32,000 nucleotides of DNA from Promethearchaeia archaeon (GCA_046497275.1 JAWOFX010000174.1:9466-41465); one strand, 5' to 3'. Counted from the stretch's first letter, positions 15,704-25,552 are shown. Numbers and translations: made by a program. Notes: generated by a model not told the origin, from the letters alone.

Positions 15704-17215
15704 TTAAATATTAGAGCCAGGTACAGGTGCAGATGCGGAATCTAACCCTTCTGCTTCCATATAATCTTTTAAAGTCCGTGATTCTACTTTTTCAATATAT
15801 TTTTCCAGTTCTGCTTTAATCCTCTCTGGAACTTCTGGGCTTTTATGGTCTTTAAGAATCACCTCAACTTTTTCCCTGGCACGCTCTATAATATCTTTAG
15901 CACCTTTCTTCCACCAAGTATTCCTTCGATTTCTATCCACCAATTCTGGCATATATAAAGATTTTTTCATATTTTTGAGGGTATGCATTTCACCTAAAAA
16001 GGTGGAACCTTTCTTCTCACTCGTAGCAACTTTTTCAATAATCTCCAAGGCAATTGTATCCTCATTCACTTCTATCCCATTTAATGCTCTTTTAACCATA
16101 CCAACTAACTCATCATCAATCAATAGTAGTTCCAATGATTCTACTAAGGTTGCTTCATACGTTCCAGCACAGGTGATATAATTTATCCCCGCTTGAGCTG
16201 CTAATAATAAAGTTTGGAATCTTTCAAATCCATTTTGAAGATCTAAGATTTTTGAATCAGTCACTCCTCCAGGTCCTCTAGAGGGATAGCCATAAAAATC
16301 TGCTAATTGCGCAACGGCAGCAGTGATTAGACCTGTTTCGATTGAACCCATAGCCGAGTTTCCAGTTTTCATATCAGTTATATGCGAAACGGTCCCATAG
16401 AAGAGAGGAGCTCCAGGATTATATATCTGAGCTAAAACAGCACCCCCGAGGTTTTCTGCATTTGTTTGAGTTAATAAGCCTGCTAATGTTACTGGTGCGG
16501 AAGAGCCCGCAAGAGCTTCTGGTGCAACTATGGTTGGTTGTTTATATTTGGCAAACACTTCAAAACCATTCGTCATAATTTTGGGAAAGTGGAGTGGACT
16601 TGTCGTACTAAAAAAACCTACTAATCTTGGATTTTTTATCAATTCTTCATCTCCTCCACATGCTATAGATGCAATATTCATCATATCTTGGCTAGGAAGT
16701 CCCCCATAACAACCTAAACCGTAAGGTTTACGTGTATTCATTATCCATTGATACATTGCATGAGCATGAAGGGCGGTATATTTTACATCATTTGGCCACA
16801 CATCCACATGTGAACAATTAATATGTTTCAATGTATCAACTATCCTAATTTGTTCAATAGTGTCCGCTAATAACGTTTTTCTTACCCCTTTCTTCTTGTT
16901 TGGGTCATAAATTTTCACGGGTGTTCCAATTGTAGCGAATTGGGTTGATGATGTATTCACTTCAAAGCTAAAGGAGCCGTCTGGTCCGTTTAAGGTGAAA
17001 GACTTTGGAACTTTTTTGACCATTTCCATTACAAGTTCTTCTGGAATCCTTACAAAATCAGACTTTTTGTCTACTTTACAACCATATTCTTCTAATTTTT
17101 TTTGAGTATTTTTACAATCAATTTTAATCCCTACCTTTGAAAGAAGTTGAAGCGTTGCTGAATGAATTTGTTCAATTTCATCTTGTCCTAATACTTCAAG
17201 TTTACTCATTTTCAT
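15704..17215 (-). CDS. mttB: Trimethylamine methyltransferase (MttB) superfamily protein, non-pyrrolysine, paralogue 1
   Basis: L..DEIEQIHSATLQLL..VG, AGSSAPVTLAG, PGAPLFYG, A.FYGYPSRG, DSKILDLQNGFE, LLLIDDE; no in-frame TAG. Confidence 0.85.
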   Translation of the reverse strand: MKMSKLEVLGQDEIEQIHSATLQLLSKVGIKIDCKNTQKKLEEYGCKVDKKSDFVRIPEELVMEMVKKVPKSFTLNGPDGSFSFEVNTSSTQFATIGTPVKIYDPNKKKGVRKTLLADTIEQIRIVDTLKHINCSHVDVWPNDVKYTALHAHAMYQWIMNTRKPYGLGCYGGLPSQDMMNIASIACGGDEELIKNPRLVGFFSTTSPLHFPKIMTNGFEVFAKYKQPTIVAPEALAGSSAPVTLAGLLTQTNAENLGGAVLAQIYNPGAPLFYGTVSHITDMKTGNSAMGSIETGLITAAVAQLADFYGYPSRGPGGVTDSKILDLQNGFERFQTLLLAAQAGINYITCAGTYEATLVESLELLLIDDELVGMVKRALNGIEVNEDTIALEIIEKVATSEKKGSTFLGEMHTLKNMKKSLYMPELVDRNRRNTWWKKGAKDIIERAREKVEVILKDHKSPEVPERIKAELEKYIEKVESRTLKDYMEAEGLDSASAPVPGSNI

Positions 17216-17238
17216 TTGATATTCCCTCCCCTGCTAAA

Positions 17239-17883
17239 TTAGTTTTTTGCTAATAATTGATTAATTTTATTTACTGCATCTAAAGAATCATCTGCCCATG
17301 CATCCGCATCAATTTTTTTTGCCCAATCTGCTGATGTGGGTGCCCCTCCAACAATTACTTTATATTTATCCCTTATTCCTTCCTTTTTCATTTCTTCTAT
17401 AACTTGTCTCTGAAAATCCATGGATAAGGTTACTAAAGATGAGAGTCCAATAACGTCCGCATTTACTTCTTCAGCTTTTTTAATGAAATCATGCGCCTTC
17501 ACATCCACTCCTAAATTGTATACTTCATACCCATTAGAAAAAAGAAAAGAAGCTACAAGATCCTTTCCAATACTATGAACATCACCCTCAACAGTTCCAA
17601 TCACTATTTTTCCTTTAGATTCTCTAACCTCTCCTCTCTCCCTGATGGCAGGATCTATTATTTCATCAATTACAGATTTTACAATATTGGCCGCAACAAT
17701 AAGTTCTGGTAGCATTAATTCTTCTTTTTCGAACTTTTCTCCTAGAATTTTCATTGCATCTCCAATGAAATTCACAAGGTTAATAGGATTTATATCATCT
17801 TTGATCGCATTCTTACAAATATCTCTTAATTTTTCTTCTTCCCAGTTAAATATTGCATCCTTAATTGTGTCTTCTAAAGCCAT
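17239..17883 (-). CDS. Cobalamin-binding corrinoid protein (MttC/MtbC-like)
   Basis: Cap domain (IGDAMKILGEKFE...LPELI), GTVEGDVHSIGKDLV (DxHxxG), LGVDV, GLSSL, VIVGGAP. Confidence 0.9.
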   Translation of the reverse strand: MALEDTIKDAIFNWEEEKLRDICKNAIKDDINPINLVNFIGDAMKILGEKFEKEELMLPELIVAANIVKSVIDEIIDPAIRERGEVRESKGKIVIGTVEGDVHSIGKDLVASFLFSNGYEVYNLGVDVKAHDFIKKAEEVNADVIGLSSLVTLSMDFQRQVIEEMKKEGIRDKYKVIVGGAPTSADWAKKIDADAWADDSLDAVNKINQLLAKN

Positions 17884-18007
17884 TTTTTTCTCATTTAATA
17901 GTTGTAATTAAAACATTATTAATAAGAATTAATTCTAAGAATAAATAAATTAATTATCAATAATACTAAAACATAATTTAACAGTTTTTTATGAGAAGAT
18001 TTTAAGT

Positions 18008-19522
18008 ATGAAACTTAGTAATTTAAAAGTACTCACTCAAGATGAGATTCTACAAATTCATCAAAAAACTTTAAAATTATTGTATGACGTCGGAGTTAAA
18101 GTAGAAACTGAAGAGGCTAGAAATCTCTTAATAGAGAATGGAGCTATTTTAGATTCTGAGAAGAGTGATTATATCAGATTTCCGGAGGAATTAGTTTTAG
18201 AACAGTTAAAGAAGGTTCCCAATTCCTTTACCTTATGGGGTGCCGATGGGAGTTATAAAGTTGATATTACTACAGATACTGTGAATTTTGCCACAGTAGG
18301 TACACCTGTGAAAATGTATGATCCGAATAAAAGAAAACTTGTGAGAAAGTCCCTTCTTGAAGATACGATAAAACAAATCCGCATTGTTGATAGTTTAAAA
18401 AATATTGTTGCTTCACATGTAGATGTATGGCCGAATGATGTCCCCTATACCGAATTACATTGGCATTCAATGTATGCGTGGGGCAAAAGCAGCACAAAAC
18501 CTTATGGATTGGGTTGTTATGGAAGGACTGCTTCCCATGATATGATGGAAATAGCTTCTATAATTGTTGGGGGGAAAGAAGAATTGAAAAAACGACCTAG
18601 ATTAATTGCCTTTTTTAATCCTACAAGTCCATTAACATTAACCCCTATTATGTTGAATGGTCTTTTTGAATTTGCAAACTATAATCAACCAATCATTATT
18701 GCCCCTGCCGCGAGTGCGGGATCCACAGCACCTGTAACTTTGGCAGGCTTACTTATCCAATCAAATATAGAGATTTTATCCTCTATTGTATTAACTCAAT
18801 TAATTAAGCCGGGATGCCCTATCTTTTATTCTACAATGAATAGCATAATGGATCCTCCGACAGGTAATGTGGCGTGGGGTAGTATAGAAACAGGGTTAAT
18901 TTCAACGGCACACGCGCAATTATCTAAATTTTATAATATCCCTTCAAGAGGTCCGGGATGTGTGACGGAATCTAAATGTTTTGATATCCAAAATGGTTTG
19001 GAGCGATTTATGACACTCTTTTTTTCCGCAAATGCAGGAATTAATTATATCACCTGTGCGGGAACCTATGAATCTTCTTTATCTGAGGCTTTAGAATTAT
19101 TAGTAATAGATGATGAAATTTGTGAGATGGTAAAAAGAGGGATGAGGGGGATTGATTTTAATGATGAAACATTAGCAATTGAACCAATTAAAAAAGTGGC
19201 AGAATCTGGAAAACCTTATTTAATGCTTCGCCATACAGCGAAAAATACACGAAAGGAGATATTCGTCCCTAAATTAATGGATAGAGAGAGACGGGGCAAA
19301 TGGTTAAAATCAGGCGCTAAAGATATTATGGAACGAGCAAGAGAGAAAGTAGATGAAGTTTTACACACGCAAGAAGGACCAGGTTATAGTCCCGAGGTAG
19401 ATAAAAAATTAAAAGAATATTTGAAAGTAATTTCTACTCGAACTATGGAAGATTATAGAAAATTGGAAGGAATGGAAGATGAAGATGGTTCTGTGGATCT
19501 TCCCGGAAGAAATTTGGATTAA
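18008..19522 (+). CDS. mttB: Trimethylamine methyltransferase (MttB) superfamily protein, non-pyrrolysine, paralogue 2
   Basis: Collinear with paralogue 1 (ATVGTPVKMYDPNK, SHVDVWPNDV, APVTLAG, AGINYITCAGTYE, LLVIDDE); no in-frame TAG. Confidence 0.85.
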   Translation: MKLSNLKVLTQDEILQIHQKTLKLLYDVGVKVETEEARNLLIENGAILDSEKSDYIRFPEELVLEQLKKVPNSFTLWGADGSYKVDITTDTVNFATVGTPVKMYDPNKRKLVRKSLLEDTIKQIRIVDSLKNIVASHVDVWPNDVPYTELHWHSMYAWGKSSTKPYGLGCYGRTASHDMMEIASIIVGGKEELKKRPRLIAFFNPTSPLTLTPIMLNGLFEFANYNQPIIIAPAASAGSTAPVTLAGLLIQSNIEILSSIVLTQLIKPGCPIFYSTMNSIMDPPTGNVAWGSIETGLISTAHAQLSKFYNIPSRGPGCVTESKCFDIQNGLERFMTLFFSANAGINYITCAGTYESSLSEALELLVIDDEICEMVKRGMRGIDFNDETLAIEPIKKVAESGKPYLMLRHTAKNTRKEIFVPKLMDRERRGKWLKSGAKDIMERAREKVDEVLHTQEGPGYSPEVDKKLKEYLKVISTRTMEDYRKLEGMEDEDGSVDLPGRNLD

Positions 19523-19547
19523 AATGTATTATCATTAAAATAAAAAG

Positions 19548-20840
19548 GTGTATATTATGGAAAATGAAAAAAACATAAAAACAAAGGGACAAATTGAAGA
19601 GGAACAGAGAGAAAAGTGGGATGAAATGGAATTTGCTACACAATTAATGCGAGCGGGAGAGGATCCATATCCCGAAACCTCACATTCATTACGAACTCCT
19701 CTATACGCAACGAAATCTTACGTATACAAATCACTCTCTGAACTTGTCGAAAATCATTATTATTATTCAAGAACGGAAAATCCTACTTTATATGCGTTGG
19801 ATCAGAAATTAGCCACTCTACATGAAGGAGAAGCAGGTCTCTCTGTTGCATCTGGTATGGCAGCAGTCCATTTATCATGTATGAGTGTACTCCAAGAAAG
19901 AATTGAGCGGATAAGACCAAAAAGGATTAAAAAACTTTATCCTCAAACCCATCCCGGTAAAATTCCTAACATAATAATTCATAAAAATCTATATACTGGC
20001 TCTTTTCGATTATTTACGAAAATTTATCCTCAGATGGGTATTGAAACCCGACGTGTTGATCTCACGAATCTAAATGAGATTAAATCAGCGATTGATGATC
20101 AAACTAAGTTACTTTTTATTGAGACACCCGCAAATCCAACTGTAGATATTATAGATATAAAATCTTGTGCTGATTTAATTCATGATAATGGAGGTCAATG
20201 CATAGTAGATAATACTTGGGCATCACCAGCTTTACAAAAACCATTAAATTTGGGAGCAGATCTTGTTGTAGAAAGTTTAACTAAATACATAAATGGTCAT
20301 GGCGATTGCCTTGGAGGGGCTATTATTGGTCCCAAAAATCAATTAAGAGATTTACGATATTATTGGCTGGAAACTCAAGGAGCAGTCCTGAGTCCTTTTA
20401 ATGCATGGTTAATTTTAAGGGGGGTGCGTACACTTGGATTAAGAATGGATAAGCATAGTGTAAATGCAATGGAAATTGCGAGATTTTTAGAGAGCCATGA
20501 AAAGGTTAAGGAAGTAGTTTACCCAGGGTTAAAAACTCATCCTCATCATCAGGTTGCGAAAAAACAGATGCAAAATTTCGGTGGGATGATTGGATTCGAG
20601 TTATATTCTGTTAAGGAGAGTAATATATTTATAGAATTACTTAAACAAATAAAAGTAGGTGTTTCTCTAGGAGATACAACTTCGTTAATTGAATACACTT
20701 CCCTAATGACTGGTATAGACCTTGCATCATGGGAAAAAAGATCCATGAATATTTCCGATACTCATTTTCGCTTATCCGTAGGATTAGAGGACTCAAAAGA
20801 TCTTATAAAAGATTTAGATCAAGGACTTAAGCAACTCTAA
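19548..20840 (+). CDS. Cys/Met metabolism PLP enzyme (methionine gamma-lyase / cystathionine gamma-synthase / sulfhydrylase family); probable start is ATG at 19557
   Basis: YSRTENPT, ASGMAA, ETPANP, VDNTWASP, ESLTKYINGHGD (PLP Lys), VSLG, RLSVGLED. Confidence 0.88.
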   Translation: MYIMENEKNIKTKGQIEEEQREKWDEMEFATQLMRAGEDPYPETSHSLRTPLYATKSYVYKSLSELVENHYYYSRTENPTLYALDQKLATLHEGEAGLSVASGMAAVHLSCMSVLQERIERIRPKRIKKLYPQTHPGKIPNIIIHKNLYTGSFRLFTKIYPQMGIETRRVDLTNLNEIKSAIDDQTKLLFIETPANPTVDIIDIKSCADLIHDNGGQCIVDNTWASPALQKPLNLGADLVVESLTKYINGHGDCLGGAIIGPKNQLRDLRYYWLETQGAVLSPFNAWLILRGVRTLGLRMDKHSVNAMEIARFLESHEKVKEVVYPGLKTHPHHQVAKKQMQNFGGMIGFELYSVKESNIFIELLKQIKVGVSLGDTTSLIEYTSLMTGIDLASWEKRSMNISDTHFRLSVGLEDSKDLIKDLDQGLKQL

Positions 20841-20893
20841 ACTTACTTATTCATCGTTTATAATCTTAAAAAAGAGAAAAAAATAGAATTTAT

Positions 20894-22306
20894 TCATCTA
20901 TTAGTTCTAACTTTGTCCAACTTCTTTCTGTGGAGTTCTTCGAGTTTAATTTTCATTTCACTGACTTTTTCTTTTGTAAACGGATAATAATATAAGCATA
21001 TCATGGTGAATCCTAATGCAATTCCAGGAAAGACGATAAATAAAACTAATAATCCTAATGTAGGGTCTATGGTTGGATCATATGTTTCCCATTCTGTCAT
21101 ATTGAACACTAAACCGACAGTTACTATGGACAGAATCATACTTAAACGCATAAAAAAGTTGGTGACGCCAAAAAATGCTCCTTCTCTACGTAATCCGGTA
21201 TTTAATTCATCTTCATCGATAATGTCAGCGATAATAAGATAAATAAAATACAGCATGCCTCCAAAACCTATTCCTACAAAGAGAGAAAAAACTATAGCAA
21301 ATTCATATACTTGAAAAAACATAATTGGTAACGTCGAGATAAAATAAACGACAATCGAAATAGCATATCCTTTTCTGCTTCCAATAGTCAAATCTAATTT
21401 TCTCCATAGAATAACTGAAATGGCTCCAATGATATACATAATTCCCAGAATAATCATAGTTGGAAATTCTCCAATATCCCAAACGTATTTTCCAAATAAG
21501 GGCATAATTAGACCTAAGAGTAGCAATGTATATTCATATAAGAAAAACATTATCGAATATAATTGGAATCCTTTATTACTTAAAGTATATTTAAGATTTT
21601 CCAAGAGTTTAAACTCTTGCCGATTATCCAACTTAAATTCTTCACGTTCTTTCACCCCCCATTTCAAAGAAATGATCAGAGAAATTCCAACGATTATAGA
21701 TGTAACAATCCCATTTATAAGGTAGCCAAATGTTTCTGTTGAACCCCCAAATAAATCAATGAACAATCCGGGAACAAGTGCCGCAAAAATTAAACCCACC
21801 ACGGATAATAATTGTTTTATAGTGTTAACTTCTGATCTTTCCTCAACACTGGTATATAGTTCTGGAAATAAGGAATCAAATGGTAATGCTATCATTGTGT
21901 AAAATGTATCATAACAAAACAACATAATCAATAGATACAAGAAGTTCATCCAAGTATTTCCGGGATTTGGCAGCCATACGATTATTTCAAGGATTAATAT
22001 TGGGATAGTCCCAATCATAATGAATGGTTTTCTTCTTCCATATTTTGTGTTTGTTCTGTCGGAAAGATATCCAATTAAGGGATCATTAATCGCGTTCCAC
22101 AAAGACCATATCACATAAGCCAGAATGATAAAATACGTACTTAATCCAATTGCCGTAAAATAAAATGTGAAAATCCATATATTGAATGCAGAATTAATAA
22201 ACCACTGAGCAAAAGAACCCATTCCGAAGCTCCATTTCTGTTTTTTACTAAATCTTGTTTCTTCACTCATAAGTTGATTTTTTTTGCTAGACATATCCTT
22301 GATCAA
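20894..22306 (-). CDS. MFS transporter, glycoside-pentoside-hexuronide (MelB-like) family
   Basis: WNAINDPLIGYLSDRTNTKYGRRKPF and ADIIDEDELNTGLRREGAFFG; about 12 TM segments. Confidence 0.88.
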   Translation of the reverse strand: MIKDMSSKKNQLMSEETRFSKKQKWSFGMGSFAQWFINSAFNIWIFTFYFTAIGLSTYFIILAYVIWSLWNAINDPLIGYLSDRTNTKYGRRKPFIMIGTIPILILEIIVWLPNPGNTWMNFLYLLIMLFCYDTFYTMIALPFDSLFPELYTSVEERSEVNTIKQLLSVVGLIFAALVPGLFIDLFGGSTETFGYLINGIVTSIIVGISLIISLKWGVKEREEFKLDNRQEFKLLENLKYTLSNKGFQLYSIMFFLYEYTLLLLGLIMPLFGKYVWDIGEFPTMIILGIMYIIGAISVILWRKLDLTIGSRKGYAISIVVYFISTLPIMFFQVYEFAIVFSLFVGIGFGGMLYFIYLIIADIIDEDELNTGLRREGAFFGVTNFFMRLSMILSIVTVGLVFNMTEWETYDPTIDPTLGLLVLFIVFPGIALGFTMICLYYYPFTKEKVSEMKIKLEELHRKKLDKVRTNR

Positions 22307-22534
22307 TTTAATAATTTAAGATCTTGAAAGTAGGATCCTATTAAAACTTCCCAAATTCTAAAGTATTAATTCATAATAGTAGAATTATAATTCGGATTAC
22401 AAAATTATAAAGTAGTTCAAGGTTTAAATTACATTTTTTAGCAGAAATTAAATTCAATTTTATGTTTTATTAAAAAAAGAAATATTAATCTCCACCGTAT
22501 TTTAATCTTAGAAAAATGAGAAGATAGAAAAATT

Positions 22535-23227
22535 ATGTCGTTTACAGATAGAGAACAGAAAATTATTACAAATGAAATGTCGAAGTTAAAACAGAAGGTT
22601 AAATTAAGAGTATTTACGGATTATGAAACCACTAATGAGAGAAAAAAGCATAGAAGTTGTCTTTCTTGTAATAGCATGATGCGTATTTTGAATGAGATTC
22701 AAGAAGCTTCAGAGGGAAAATTAGAAATCGAAGAGAAATCTATAAGAGAAGACGAGGATCTTGCGAAAGAATTTAAAATTAAAAGAATTCCAACTATATT
22801 ATTTTTAGAAAAAAATGATAAAGAATTAATTAGATACACAGCAACACCAGATGGCAACCAACTTGTGCCTTTTATTAAAACACTTCAATACTATTCTGGA
22901 GTAAGCCCGTTTTATAAAGATCAAATAAAAACCAACCTTAAAAATATTCCTAAATCAAAAATAATGATGTTTGTGACTCATACGTGTAATTATTGTCCCC
23001 AAGTTATACCCGTAGCAAATCTTTTCGCACTGGTCGGGGATGGCAAAATCAATGTGGAGATAATTGATATTAATGCTAATTCAGATATCGCCCAAAAATA
23101 TAATATCTCAAGTGTTCCTTATACGATGATTAATGAAAAAGAGCATTTAATTGGAATGTTTACCCCTCAAGATCTATTAGATAAATTAACTAAAGGAAAA
23201 CGAGATTTTGGTGGTATGTATGCGTAA
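22535..23227 (+). CDS. Protein disulfide oxidoreductase (two thioredoxin folds; PDO / AhpF N-terminal-like), paralogue 1
   Basis: CLSC and CNYC sites, RIPT and SVPY cis-Pro motifs. Confidence 0.82.
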   Translation: MSFTDREQKIITNEMSKLKQKVKLRVFTDYETTNERKKHRSCLSCNSMMRILNEIQEASEGKLEIEEKSIREDEDLAKEFKIKRIPTILFLEKNDKELIRYTATPDGNQLVPFIKTLQYYSGVSPFYKDQIKTNLKNIPKSKIMMFVTHTCNYCPQVIPVANLFALVGDGKINVEIIDINANSDIAQKYNISSVPYTMINEKEHLIGMFTPQDLLDKLTKGKRDFGGMYA

Positions 23228-23256
23228 TATTTATTTTTCAAGTTATAACAATTGAG

Positions 23257-23952
23257 GTGATAAATATGGCTTCAAATGAAACATATAAAAGAATTATTCA
23301 AAATGAGTTAAAAAAACTCAGAAGACCCGTACATATTAAAGTATTTACTTCATTAAAAACAAATCCCGATGGAACTAAAGAACATGTATGCATAGATTGC
23401 CAAAATACGATGCAGATGTTAAAGATTTACGAAGAAAATTCAAATAATTTATTAAAAATTGAAGAACTGTCCATATATGATAACCCAGAATTCGCTGATA
23501 ACTTTGATATTCAAAGAGTTCCCACAATCTTACTTATGGACGAGAGGGAAAAAGAAGTTATAAGATATCTTGCAAATCCTCAAGGGCAGGAAATTCAGCC
23601 TTTTATTTCAGCAATTTTCGCTCTTGGAGGAGGTCCTAATTATTTTGAAAATGCAATTAACCAGAATATAGGAAGAATTGATTCAACAACAATTAAAATT
23701 ATGATGACAATGCAGTGTCCCTATTGTCCAGAGTTAATAAAAAATGCGAATTTGTTTGCTGTGGCTTCTGATGGGAAAATTAGGACAGTAATTGTAGACA
23801 TTATTGCAAATCCTGATATTGGACAATATTATAAAGCTTCGGGAGTTCCATATACTATATTGAATGAAAGACCGGCAATCCAAGGAATGATTCCTCCGCA
23901 AGAATTATTGCGGGAATTAATCGGTTCAAATATTAATATCGAATATAGATAA
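23257..23952 (+). CDS. Protein disulfide oxidoreductase, paralogue 2; probable start is ATG at 23266
   Basis: CIDC and CPYC sites, RVPT and GVPY motifs. GAGGTGA SD precedes ATG 23266. Confidence 0.82.
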   Translation: MINMASNETYKRIIQNELKKLRRPVHIKVFTSLKTNPDGTKEHVCIDCQNTMQMLKIYEENSNNLLKIEELSIYDNPEFADNFDIQRVPTILLMDEREKEVIRYLANPQGQEIQPFISAIFALGGGPNYFENAINQNIGRIDSTTIKIMMTMQCPYCPELIKNANLFAVASDGKIRTVIVDIIANPDIGQYYKASGVPYTILNERPAIQGMIPPQELLRELIGSNINIEYR

Positions 23953-24060
23953 TTACAATTCTGAATAATTTTCATTTACAAAGTAAACAATATATAAAAT
24001 AATTGTTTAGAAAATACAATCAAAAAGTTATTTTCAATTATATATCAATTTAAACTAAAA

Positions 24061-25512
24061 ATGAAAAAGATCACAAATTTTTTGAGGAAACCAACTGTTA
24101 ATGAGAAATTTAAAATTCCACTCTCAACAAAAATAAAATTTTCAATCGGTGGGATTGGATTTAATTTATCTGCTGGATTATTTGCTGCCTGGCTTTCGAA
24201 TTTTTATATTAAAATTGTTAAAATCGACTTTTTTCTTTGGGGATTAGCGTGGATTTTATATATTGTTTGGAATGCGATCAATGATCCATTAATGGGTTAT
24301 TTTGGAGATCAAACTCGAACGAGATTTGGTCGGCGAATGCCCTGGTTAATGATCGCCACACCGTTTATATCTATTTCATTTATATTTCTATTTTTCCCAC
24401 CACTTTCTAATTCTACTAATCCAATAATGCAATGGATTTATTTTATATGGTTATTTTTATGGTTATTACTATATGATACCTTTTATACAATTATAGGAAT
24501 TACACAAAAATCTTTAGTAGCTGAATTATCTATTTTACCTGAAGAACGAGCTAATACAACTTTTTTCTGGTCATTAGGAACTTTAGTCGGACAAGTTATT
24601 ACATTTATTGTCCCATTTCTCTTTATTATCAATGAAGATCCATATTCACAAAATCTTTCTACTATTCAGACAATTGTAATTATTTCAGGTATAATTGGAA
24701 CGATTTTATTGACTTTTATGTCTTTTGGGATAAAAGAAAGGAAAGAATTCATATTCGCCGAGAAAAAAAAGATGGGCTTTATAGAGTCTATTAAACTTAC
24801 GCTAAAAAACAAATCATTTATAATTTATACCATGTTTTCATTTACTCTTGTATATATAAATTTCGCTATATATTCACAAGTTAGTTTATTCGTACAGGAT
24901 GTGCTCCGAATTTCTCTAAATAATTTTCTCTCCTCACTTCCTATAATTATATTCGTTGGTGCTAGTCTATTAGGTTATCCCTTAGGAATGGTTTTTAACA
25001 GAAAATATGGTGGGAAAAAAGCAATTATATATCTCTCTACCTTGGTGATAAGTGGATTGGTTTTATTAACATTTGCTCCCGAGGTGGTAACCTCTAATAT
25101 AGCATTGTTAATTGTAGGATTGAGTTACGCTGGAATGATGTTAATAGCGCCCATATTAATGGCAGATATCATTGATAAAGATGAATTAAAAACAGGATAT
25201 AGACGAGAAGGTGCATATTATGGATCTACTAATTTATTTACAAAACCCGCTCAATCAGTTGCGGCCGCTTTAACTGCTTTAATCCTTTTTTTAACCGGTT
25301 ATGACCAGAGCACTGTAATTCAAACGGAATTAGCAAAATTTGGGATTAAATTGAATATTGGATTAATTCCTGCGATATTTATTACAATTGGAATTATAAT
25401 TCTACTTAAATTTCCAATTGATGCTTCAACTGAAAAATATAAAAATTGGAAAAAAAGAATCGAGGAGCTTCACAATAAAAAGATTAAAGAATACAAAGCA
25501 TCATTAGGATAA
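24061..25512 (+). CDS. MFS transporter, GPH (MelB-like) family
   Basis: WNAINDPLMGYFGDQTRTRFGRRMPW and ADIIDKDELKTGYRREGAYYG. Confidence 0.88.
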   Translation: MKKITNFLRKPTVNEKFKIPLSTKIKFSIGGIGFNLSAGLFAAWLSNFYIKIVKIDFFLWGLAWILYIVWNAINDPLMGYFGDQTRTRFGRRMPWLMIATPFISISFIFLFFPPLSNSTNPIMQWIYFIWLFLWLLLYDTFYTIIGITQKSLVAELSILPEERANTTFFWSLGTLVGQVITFIVPFLFIINEDPYSQNLSTIQTIVIISGIIGTILLTFMSFGIKERKEFIFAEKKKMGFIESIKLTLKNKSFIIYTMFSFTLVYINFAIYSQVSLFVQDVLRISLNNFLSSLPIIIFVGASLLGYPLGMVFNRKYGGKKAIIYLSTLVISGLVLLTFAPEVVTSNIALLIVGLSYAGMMLIAPILMADIIDKDELKTGYRREGAYYGSTNLFTKPAQSVAAALTALILFLTGYDQSTVIQTELAKFGIKLNIGLIPAIFITIGIIILLKFPIDASTEKYKNWKKRIEELHNKKIKEYKASLG

Positions 25513-25552
25513 AAAAGATTTAATAAAAATTCTAAAAAGAGAGAAAAAAATT

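Noticed and set aside
17925-17936. 12-bp palindrome AGAATTAATTCT in the corrinoid/MttB2 divergent promoter
   Set aside because: It is almost entirely A/T and is expected by chance in this composition, with no second copy noticed.
15704-19522. Pyrrolysine-containing trimethylamine methyltransferases
   Set aside because: Neither gene has an in-frame TAG; the Pyl-equivalent codons are AGA and CGA.
19480-19522. MttB2 tail (DGSVDLPG) as an encapsulin targeting peptide
   Set aside because: It is a poor match to the GSLxIGSL-type consensus, and no encapsulin gene is in the window.
3288-22393. Repeated AATTATAATT palindrome (3288-3297, 7156-7165, 22383-22392)
   Set aside because: It is best explained as TATA-box-like or AT-rich background rather than a specific operator.
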